64,000 nt of DNA from Magallana gigas (lineage: Eukaryota): contig NC_088854.1 of assembly GCF_963853765.1 (NCBI RefSeq), positions 19,406,001 through 19,470,000 of the forward strand, read 5' to 3'. Under the pieces are notes generated by a model that saw only the letters and a list, made by a program, of their open reading frames with translations, did no database searches and was not told the DNA's origin. The position numbers and the translations under genes are program-made. Of the stretch, positions 24,017 to 34,600 are shown one piece after another (the stretch's first letter is position 1; every line of letters begins with the position of its first letter).

Positions 24017-24280
24017 TATAAATATAAACATTGAATGCTAATTTTTGGATGTCGTGGGTCTTGTAACACACCAAGCGGTGCATACAAATTATCATACCGC
24101 GCTAATGCACGGTATTCAATTTGATAAACATGTACTGTATTGGTACATATAAATATAAACATTGAATGCTAATTTTTGGATGTCGTGGGTCTTGTAACAC
24201 ACCAAGCGGTGCATACAAATTATCATACCGCGCTAATGCACGGTATTCAATTTGATAAACATGTACTGTATTGGTACATA
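24017..24280. repeat. Two identical 131-bp tandem units related to the adjacent hairpin
   Basis: Units 24017-24147 and 24148-24278. Confidence 0.95.
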
Positions 24281-25751
24281 TATACTTAACACAACTACTG
24301 AACTACTGAGTTCTCAATGTATATCTTCTTTTAGAGGAGCGTGCTGGGGGGGGGGGGGGGGGTGGTACAGATATATATCTTTAGATGCTGGGTAGGGGAC
24401 CTGTATTGATCACTTGGCCCTGGTGAATACATGTTGGAGAGGGGTCAGTATGAAGCATTGTAGTGAAATAATCACCAGAAAAGCTCTGCAGGTATGAGAC
24501 GCCTCTATACTGAGACGTACTTCCTATCGAAATAAACAATAAAATCAACTCTATAATTATAATATTGTTACCGACCAGTGTAATGTAGCAGAGCGTTAAC
24601 TACAAATCTGTAAGTCAGGAGTTTTAAAATTTTGTAATACATTTTTAAATGGTTAAATGTTGTAAAATTTCAAAATCTTATACCGGTGAAAGTCGTTTGA
24701 TTATAATGTACTTTCATTCACATAAAAATCGACAGGTGTCCCATACCACCTTAATGTCAGGCTCAGAGTAGGGATACGAATTGATCAAACATCGCGATGT
24801 GATGACCACAAAGAAAATTTGCGAATAAAGCATGAAAAATGCCTATATTAAGACGGATAAGATTCTGATAAATAAAGATATCAAAAAACCTTATAATTCT
24901 TTTGAAGTTCATACAAAACAATGTATATTAAACATAACAACGATTTAAAACCCTTATATATAGATGAGTTCGATACTTGGGATATTGATGATTAAATGTT
25001 GATGATTTAAACTGGTGTATGCGTATCAATCCCCCAAAATGTCATTTTTTTAGAACTTTGATTCTTTTTTATAAAGTGGTTCTGTGCTAGATAATTTTGC
25101 CATTGTCTACTAGAGGTCCGATAGAAAACAAATCGATTTTGATCGACAAAAACGTGGAGTGATGACCCAGTATACATTAAAAGTGTCATTTTGCATCACA
25201 AGAAATTAACAATTTAGAAAAAAAAATATGAGTCCGTTAATTCGTGGCTAAAGTCGCATATAGCATTTAAATAACACATATCTATCCTCGTGACTGAACT
25301 TAGTAGTTTGAGCCCAAGACATATGGAAACCTTTTAGAACTAGGCTATTTAGGTTGAGGGTTCGATACCAACAAAATTTTGGAAAATAACTTTTTCTTAT
25401 CCTTTGTTAACTTATACATCTACATGTATATTTAAACTGAATATAGTTAGAAATTGAGCTTTTGCCCACATGTATTATATTTTGCTTTTAAAAAATGCGT
25501 TTTCTTGCCTTCATTAAGCTAAACGCCATTCTTCGTTTATTAATGCCGTTATTGCACCAGTTTATTCTATATTTAATATTATATGCTTTTGTATGATTTG
25601 AAGACTATTTCAATCTCCTTAAAACAAGAGCTCTGTATAAATTTATCCTGTCTCCCTGCCCTACCCATGATAAAAATATGTTGCATCGGAACATATCATA
25701 TCTTGCAAAATAAACGTCTAACTGGTATTAGTATGTTAAACTAGCCCTAAA

Positions 25752-26642
25752 AGGGGCATAGTCACGATTTTGGTGAAAGATTATTTTTCGGGTTTTAATG
25801 TTTACAATGCTTCAGTAAGGAATTTTTTAAGGCAACCAAAATTTTATTGTCATTCGTTAGTTATAGGCGATATACAGAGCTACGAAATTCACGTGACAGA
25901 CAACATATAAGGAGACGGTCAATTTGCACCTTAAAATATTTTTTTAAAGAGTTATCTCCCCTTGATAAAAAACAGAAAAATTTAAATTCCTCAAAATATC
26001 TGCGGTAAATGAATCATTTTATTTCATATTTTAATAAAGAGAAAGTTTATGTTGAGTTAAATGCAAAATTCAAGGTGTAATTAGTTGGACCAAAATAAAA
26101 ATTTTGAAAATTCCTCTGGTGGAGTATTTTTATTTGATAACACCTTCAAAATGATATCATGATTAAGAATATCGGACCACTCATTTCATAGGTACAAAAT
26201 GATGTCGTTATACATCGAATACCTTAAGTGTCCTTTCCTATATATTTAGTAATGCTGTATATTTTATTTGATAAAATTAAATATATCTGAAAGGACATAA
26301 GTAAACAAAGATTTTGTTTACATTATGAACGTTGAAGTAAAAATTCCAGTTTTAGACCTAAAATGAATGTGTTAAACGTTAAGAACTGTTTATTTATGCT
26401 TAAAATGAATAAGAACATAGACAAATCAGCTTGAATAAGATTTTTATTGGTATATTGAACCCATGTAAACAAAAAAAGGGCGCGAGCCTTGTTTACATGA
26501 CAAAGAATTGTGAGCCCTTTACATGTATCTTGCTTTTAACTCTACGACTGACTTTCCAATTCTATTTGGTCATTACAAATGCATTCCTAAAGTAAATAAT
26601 AAAAAAAAGAAAGAATTTGACTAAATTCGTGACCATGCCCCT
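25752..26642. mobile_element. TTAA-type (Kolobok-like) non-autonomous DNA transposon
   Basis: TIRs aggggcatagtcacgattttggt / actaaattcgtgaccatgcccct; right flank ttaa. The right arm is the reverse complement of the related copy at 30930. Confidence 0.75.
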
Positions 26643-27195
26643 TTAAAGCAATAGATTTTTTTGTGAAAATGCAATCTCTTACTAAAAAAACATTTATTAA
26701 TTATCTTCTATCAATGTTATTCAGAATAATAATACTCTTCTATCAAAGTTATTCAGAGGCCCAAACTGAAGCAAAATTACATTATTTTCGCTCTGTTAAA
26801 TAATTGGTTTGTTATATTTTTTCCTTTGAGGATAATTTTCAGCTCATATTATAAAACACAATACTTGTAATGGCTTTATCAAGTCATAAATTACCTTTTG
26901 TCGTTTTAAACAATGCATACATTCATTTTCCGTTTACATTAATCTTAATCCAGTTTTGAACACAATATGAATATCCACGGTCTATCTTGCTTAATTGCTA
27001 ATGAGAGAATTTCTTGCGGATATGGATATAAATGACATAAAGCGAATACCGCCAAACCTGTATAGGTAATAGTGCGGTAAGATTGAGACAGGGAAACACG
27101 CGTGTATCGTGTACGCTTATGTCAGTTACCAGTACCCGACGTAATACAACTGTAGGAGAAACATTTTTTATCAATGTGTGTGTTTCTACATGTAT

Positions 27196-27198
<3 letters not shown>

Positions 27199-27240
<42 letters not shown>
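27199..27240. repeat. (AG)n microsatellite
   Basis: 21 AG units. Confidence 0.98.
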
Positions 27241-27242
<2 letters not shown>

Positions 27243-28085
27243 CGCTTCATGTTTCCTTTTCAAATTGGAATCCAAATTGTTCAACTTATGAAGGGCCTAA
27301 ATACTCTTTGATTGAGGAACTTACATGCATTACTACAGTAACTGATTCTTTAAAGACACTTTAGTTGACAATGTCCCACACACTTTGAAAAGAAAATCAA
27401 AGTTTGTTTTGGGGACTAAGATATATCACAGACTGATCAACGTTCTTTTACTTTTTCTCTGACGAATTAACTCTCCTTTCTAACAATGATATGATTTTAA
27501 GTCTAAGAAGTTGGTTTATGTTCTGACACTTACAGATTTTGCATCATACAAATGGAAATATATTTTGTTTGGTCAGTTCCATTTTCTTAGGATATGATTT
27601 GTTGGCGTACTTTATTTATGACCAAGCTGTCCCTTATTTTATTTTTTGTAGGTAACTCGAATGTGAACATTTATTCAAAATGCATATTACCGGTGTATCT
27701 TTGGAAAAGAAATATGAGGAACCTTCTTCCTGCAGTGATTTTGAGCGGTATACTTGTGTTTAGAATGCACCTTTATTTGTCCTCTCTTTGTCCCCAATGA
27801 CGGCAGATCAACTTTGCAATTTTTAGAAGAAGACAAAACAACTAACCGTACTGTCCACTAACTCAAAATGAAGTTTAAAAATTTATTGTTATGAATATCA
27901 GTGACAAACATGTTGATGTACCTTATAACGAACTTTGCAAAGACAAAAAATACAGGTCCGTCGATTTGGGCCCATTTAACTTTGAAAATTGCTTTCAAGT
28001 GCGTTGCCACACTTAAATATCATCTCTGGAACATGCATGAGCTTAGTGAATATTGTGTAAAGACGCTTAACTTTTTCCATAAACA

Positions 28086-28215
28086 NNNNNNNNNNNNNNN
28101 NNNNNNNNNNNNNNNNNNNNNNNNNNNNNNNNNNNNNNNNNNNNNNNNNNNNNNNNNNNNNNNNNNNNNNNNNNNNNNNNNNNNNNNNNNNNNNNNNNNN
28201 NNNNNNNNNNNNNNN
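28086..28215. other. Assembly gap (130 N)
   Basis: Run of n characters. Confidence 1.
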
Positions 28216-28652
28216 GCTCTTCATTGCCCGACACTTTAATAATCCATGTTGGTATTTCAAATTCAATTGCAATGGGAATATAAAACAAGATTACTAGACG
28301 TAGTGTATTCCGTATTGCTTGTTCATTTTCTATATTAATATAAAACTAATGAGATAATTTTGTATTGCAACCTCGCTCCGGTGTTATGAAAACTTCAAAG
28401 TATCATACAAATTTCGATGAAAATACTGCACGGTGTTTTCGACGTTCTTGAAAGTTTTGCATGCATTTAAAAGATGAAAACTCTTATCCTTCATGATTAT
28501 TTACTTTATTAAAACCAAATGTAACATTTATTTTCTGACAGTATACTGTTTTTGGCTTTTTGCATTATATATTAACTTATTAAATCAATAAATAAGACTA
28601 GATGAAAACAAAGGTGATATGGCGATTGAACAGCTAGGGTGGTGGTGATAGG

Positions 28653-28982
28653 TTAACCAGCGGGGGTGGGGGGAACAGGGGTCGTGGTTGGTGGCGCGGG
28701 CGTGGTGGGATCCGGAGGGTCGGGGGTCAATCCATTTATTAATTCCACCATGATTTTGCTCATTGGAAGCAGTAGAAGTAAGAACAGCAGTAGTTTCCGG
28801 TCCTTTCTAGTTTTTGGTTGACATAGTGGGATCGCATCTATTCCAAGGAAAATATAAACTTCGCCATCGTACGCCGTGCCTGTGAAAAATATTAAAAGTT
28901 TACAGATACGAATACGATTTAGTGACGCTTGGGACAAGGGGTATGCTTTATTGACTACTGCCAAATCAAGTAACACCCTAAC

Positions 28983-29026
<44 letters not shown>

Positions 29027-29187
29027 GACTTACACAATGTATTAAGATACTCCTCAATAAGTGCACTCTGGAAAAAACTGTTGTTATCAAGATAAAGATT
29101 CTGGTTGGAGGTTGGGACCGGAAGTTGCGCTTTTCCAAAAATCACAAGAAACCCCCAAATCACGAACAGAATACGCACAGGTTTCAT
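28653..29187 (-). CDS. Small-protein gene B, 126 aa; exons 29187-29034 and 28879-28653
   Basis: MKPVRILFVIWGFLVIFGKAQLPVPTSNQNLYLDNNSFFQSALIEEYLNTL|C-TAYDGEVYIFLGIDAIPLCQPKTRKDRKLLLFLLLLLPMSKIMVELINGLTPDPPDPTTPAPPTTTPVPPTPAG*. The 154-nt intron runs gtaagt...tttttcacag in phase 1. The N-terminus looks like a signal peptide ending GKA-Q. Confidence 0.85.
28988..29022. repeat. (GA)n microsatellite inside the gene B intron
   Basis: About 17 units. Confidence 0.98.
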
Positions 29188-30929
29188 ACCGAGTGCTGAA
29201 AGCGGAATTTTAATTTATCCTGTTAAGAGAATGATGACAAATCAATCCATTCAAAGTTTTACATACATGCATTTAAAATTTGTTTTACATTTCAATTTAC
29301 AGGCATACATAAAATATAGAACGATGGTATATTTTTCAATAAATGTGATTTATCATGGAATTTAAAAGCTAAACTGTAAGTTACCTTGTAACGTTAAATC
29401 AAAACATTTGAGGTGGCGTTTTAATCCTTGGAAATTTATCCCTAGACATTTTTCTCTCGTAGAGCGATAACACTAAGCCTTGGGGTTGCTTGAAGGTGAG
29501 AAACAGAGCAAAACCATGTCCTGTTATGCTACTAATGTGGCTAGCATAAGATGTGACAGCTTGCCCTAGGCGAATCTCTGTTATGTGATTTTATCGATGT
29601 TAGATTCTTGGCAACAGTCGATAATTTGTAATTAATATGTAGAACTTGATTGTTTAAAAATAGTTTCGAATAAGATCTCATATGTTGAAAAAATTGTTTG
29701 TTAAATTTCACATTTGGGAGTTGATTCTCTTTGTAATCAGTTAGTACTACATTTGGATAAAAAGTTCACAACAAAAGGTAGAACTTCTTTGAAGAATGGG
29801 ATGGTGCTGATTGTTGGAAAAGTCGATTGTTAGGAATTGACTGCATATAAAATCTGTATAATAATTATTATAGTCGACGTATTCATATATTGGGGAAAAC
29901 TGTATGATTCCGTTAACTTCGCCTTTGTTTTTTTTTACTTGGGATTTTAGCTTTCTCTCACCATAGGTCGTGCTACACAAGCTTCGTTGATTTGTATAAA
30001 ACTATCGATGAATCGGGTGCGTGCTGAAACTGCCTTTTTATTTCAAAAGATTCAAACATCTGTTAAACTAGATCATGTGATCAGATTTTAATTTGTACAT
30101 TAAATAATTTTTGTACATGAAATAAAAAAATTTAAATTCTAAGATTGAAATTGAATTACTTATAATCATATTTATAGATAAAAAAGTAAATACTTCAGTT
30201 CTAAATAATTTTTGCCTATCGTTTAGGTTTGTACACGAATGTTGTACATCAGGCGCTGACAGGGGTGTAAGCAAAGTTTGTGTAGCACTACCTCTAGTGA
30301 GAGAATGGAATTTTCGAAATTTTTAAAAGAAAATGAAAATAAGGTGTGTTTAAAGAAAAAAACTTTTTTTCTCGATTTTTTTCTCACAAATAGCCTGTAA
30401 TACTAAATTTTTTCTAATTTATGGTAAATTTAAGTTTGTTTTTATTCTGAAACCTTTTCTGAAGGGGTTAGAGAGAGATCCTACTTTGGGTTCAAAGTTC
30501 ATCATAAAAATACATCTCTCAAATGTCTAGTACTCTTCTCTTGTAGTTGCACAACCAAGGAAATATACATGAGTATTAAAAAAAATCAAATTTAAGTAAT
30601 GCCCATACCCTTTGTTTTATTTTTTTTTTATATATATAAAAAATCTTCCAAAAAATCAATTGTCCTGTAAAATCCAAACTTTTACTTACCGGTTTATAAA
30701 ATAATGTTTCAACCATGACGCATGCACAAACCCGGAGGTCAGATCGAGTTAGCTCAAAGATTAAAATTACATTTGAAAAATCCTCTAACTTTACAAAACA
30801 AACACAAAACAAAAATATAGACGTTGGAACTTTTTAAATTATTGTTGAAACAAACTAATGTATAGATGTCCCAAGGTCTTCCCCTATGACCATGTTAATG
30901 ATAAATTGAAAAAATAACTTAAATGTTAA

Positions 30930-31250
30930 AGGGGCATGGTCACGATTTTGGTCAAATTTTGTTTTTATGTTTTTATTATTTACAATGCTTTAGAATTGCA
31001 TTTCTAACGATCAAATAAAATTTGAGAGTCATTCGTAGAGTCAAGTTATAAGCAAGATACAGGGCTCACAATTCTTTGTCATGTAAACAAGGCTCGTGCC
31101 CTGTTTATGTTTACATAGGTTCAATATACCAGTAAAAAAAAATTCAGCATATTTGTCTATCTTTTTCCTAACGTTTAAAACATTCGTTTAAGGTTTAAAA
31201 CTGAAATTATTACTCCAACGTTCAAAATGTAAACAAACGCTTTGTTCACA
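30930..31250 (+). mobile_element. Truncated TTAA-flanked (Kolobok-type) MITE, left arm only
   Basis: ttaa|aggggcatggtcacgattttggtcaaa... with internal gtcatgtaaacaaggctcgtgccc shared with the 25752-26642 element; no right TIR found. Confidence 0.7.
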
Positions 31251-31622
31251 CGATATTGCTATCTTTGGAAGTCAAAAAGAGAATAGGGATGAAAAAAGGA
31301 TCGATTTATACATAAAAACATTCAAAAGAAATAATTTTTCTGAAGAAATCATGATTGGTCTTTTTGTTGTAAATTTAGTCAGTATGAAGTCTGAAAATAT
31401 AACCTGTCAAAGTGGATTTTTTATTTACCCTTTTCCCTGATTTGCTCTATTGTGTTTATTATTTGTTGTCGTGAATTTGGTTCTTAATAATTCCCAGGAC
31501 AAACTTGGCCCTTGTTGGTCATTGTGAGCTATGGGGTTCGTGGGCCTTTTTTTCTGACTAAGAGAGACAACTCTTCTGGAGATTGAATCTCGACAGCGAC
31601 GAGAAATTACGAGAATTACAAA

Positions 31623-34600
31623 ATGGCTAGCAGAAGTCCAGGAGGATTGGAGTGGTCGATCAGCATTAAACCGTTGCTGATCGCCCCCAGTGCCTCGTTA
31701 GACGTAGAAATTCTTCCAAAGTTTTGTAAATCTATCACTCTAAGGTATGGAATAGAAAATCTTTACGTAACTCTTTAAATTTAGCAATTGTTTACGATTC
31801 TTTTTGACGAATGATGTAGTTTCCCGATGGAAAAAAAATAACTTGTAGAGAAATAAATATTTTGGGATTGATTTATTTAATAAACACTGATCACAAGATG
31901 AGTACATGTCACTCTTCCTATAGTCACGAGATTGTTATAATAGCGTTTCTGCGTAACACATCAATCTTTCATGAGTACATTTGTTTATAAATCATAAGAT
32001 CCTATATAAACTGGAAATTATTTCATGTAAATAGCACTTGATTGCATTCAATCTTAACGCACTTATTAGACATATTAAATGAAGAAAAGTATTCCTAAAG
32101 TTGATAAGCATCTATCTCTTATGGGTGCACATGTATTAGAAGTAGCATTTATTGATAAAGAAAGTGAAAGTTGTTAATTCTCTAAAATAAAGATTATTAC
32201 TGATAGCGTTTTTCATAAAATTTTAACCACTATTTTTTGTGTTATTCAAGTGAAAATGACATTCTTGGCCATGGAGATCAATATGAGCAATTCTACTCCT
32301 CCTTTGTTGCCCTCGCTTCACATCACCTGAGTTCTTGTGCAGGAACAGGTAAACTTGATAAATAAAATTACGAAAAATAATGAATTGATAAAAAGATACT
32401 GGATACAACCACTGAACCTTTTATCAATTTATTTTGGAAAATTTCATTTTGACTTTGTGTTTGTTGTGTATTTTTGTGACACAGTTTTAATTAAAAAGTA
32501 GCAGGTTCCTTCTTGAGTGATGTATCCAGTGCCTGTAGAGTTTTACTGAAATATCTACTGAACAGACTGCAGCATCACAACGATGGGTGTGCACTCTCAC
32601 AGGTACTGTCTACACCTACATAAACTGCTGTTTATGAACATGTATATTGTATATAATTGTGTTAACCTTTTTTTCCAGTCTTATAATCAGTACATCCTCT
32701 TTGGGTTTGCTTGACTCTAAAATGTTTTTCTTTTTCGTGTATTTAGAAAATCTTGATGATGTTGATCAAAGCCTTATGCACAGGAACATGCAGTCTAGGA
32801 AAAGCAGATGTGTTGACATTTTGTGCCATGTTGAGATCCTCTAATGCACCCTTGACTATAAAAGAAGTAGACACAGGTAGAGACTTATATCTAACAATTA
32901 ATACTTTGTAATCATCATTGTCATTTGGGACCAATGTTTGTGGCTTTCATGGGTAATCCTTGCTCACAAATTTACGTCCCCATAAACTTATATACAGCAA
33001 AACCCGGTTATAACGAAGTCACTGGGACCTAAGAAATTACTTTGTTATATCCGTAATTCATTATAACCGTATAAGAAATTTATTAAATTTACATAGCTGG
33101 GGATCCAAGATGACTTCGCTATATCCGTGAATTTGCAATATCCGTGTTCGTACTAAACGAGTTTTGCTGTACTATAATTATTTGTTTTATATTTATTAAA
33201 ATTATCCTGATTACACTACCAACGAAATTATATCCCCATGAATCAGGAAAATTTTGGCTACCTAAGAACATTGACCCCGAGGAATTAAAATGATTCCACA
33301 GTAAAGTCCAATCTACTTCCATGTTGATAAGTTTTAGTTTTAGTCTTGATGCAATAATTTAAACTGTGCATCACAGGGATATTTTTGAGAATCTTCAATG
33401 CATATACAAAGGTACATGTATAGGACAGATGGCTTACGAATAAAAATTGTTGTTTGTACAGAAGAAGAACAAGTTCAAAGGGAACAAGTGCGACCCAGAC
33501 TTGACACAGGAACAGATATATTTGACCAGCTGACATCAGTCTTTGGAGAGCTTAGTGTTGGTACACCCAACAAACTTGATCCAACCCAAGAGACAGTTTT
33601 ATCCGGAGATATTAATGTACAGTGTGGTGGAACATCATCAGAAGAAATCAAATTAGCTTTTGCTAAGAGGAATGTAGCTAACCTTCTTCAGCTGGATGGA
33701 TCCAATATCCTTGTTGATGTTTGCACAAATTTGACATTTTTGGAGAAGTACTCACAGAGATGTAAGGATGCTCTCAACGGAGCTACTTTTGTGATGCCCT
33801 GTACATTGTCTGATGCCCTTACCACAAGGAACAGGTAGGGCTTGATTAGATTGAAAGCCTTCACCTTAATTGACAGTGAACAACTTAAAAAATTTAAAAT
33901 TAGAATAATTGAAGCCACCGCTGTGTTAAAGAGAAATTTGAAGTTTGCAAAATCTTTTTTAACATAAGTTAGGTAATAATAAGTGTGGAGAAAATCAAAC
34001 TGTAAATAGTATTCCTATACCAAATTGATAAATCTCAAACTCCATTAATTTACAACAGCTACCAATTCCTTCTAAATGAGATCTCTATCATTTGGAGAGC
34101 CTTCTCTCTGCCTGTGCTGGAGCCATTGACCCCACAGAGACTGGAGAAGATTATCTCTATCACACTGACCTGTCTGTATACATCAGTGACGGTGGCCATG
34201 TCTAACACGGTCATTAGTCTGACCAACCCCCAACCTACCAAACCCACTACCACCAAGGATGAAGAAATCGACAATTATGGAAACTGCATTGTTCAAAAAT
34301 CTGTAAGTAAATGTGCAAGAACAGTGTTTGATTATTTATTTTTTTAATTTGATTGAATTTTAAATTACATGTACTTCTCCTTTCTTTTCCAGCTGGAAAT
34401 ATTCAATGCCATTTCACATGCTATAAAGAATTCAACTAGAGCAGGAGGAAATGTAAGTCACAATTTGGAAAGCTGGTTCAATTTAGAGGCTCCTTTAGTG
34501 GCAAATTTTTACTTTCTCTTTCCTCTCTCCAGGTGACCCAGAATCTGAACTGCCTGTCAGCCTGGCTGATACTGAATGGAATCCAGCAAGTGTTGGCTCT

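Noticed and set aside
27083-27364. ORF with ERERER run and SLIEE similar to gene B
   Set aside because: Openness is driven by the AG microsatellite, and the short match has no compatible phase-1 donor.
26947-27382. Possible minus-strand paralogue remnant: donor aatgcat|gtaagt near 27325 and acceptor ctatacag|GTTTG near 27058
   Set aside because: The upstream exon has stops in all frames and the downstream frame (LAVFALCHLYPYPQ...) lacks the family spacing. A decayed pseudogene cannot be excluded but is not supportable.
27901-28288. ORFs spanning the N run
   Set aside because: They are artefacts of ambiguous bases read as X.
29904-30272. Signal-peptide-like plus-strand reading (MIPLTSPLFF/LLGILAFSHHRSC...) with a possible phase-1 splice to GT TTG at about 30228
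   Set aside because: It needs a frameshift in a T9 run, and the second exon stops after 14 codons.
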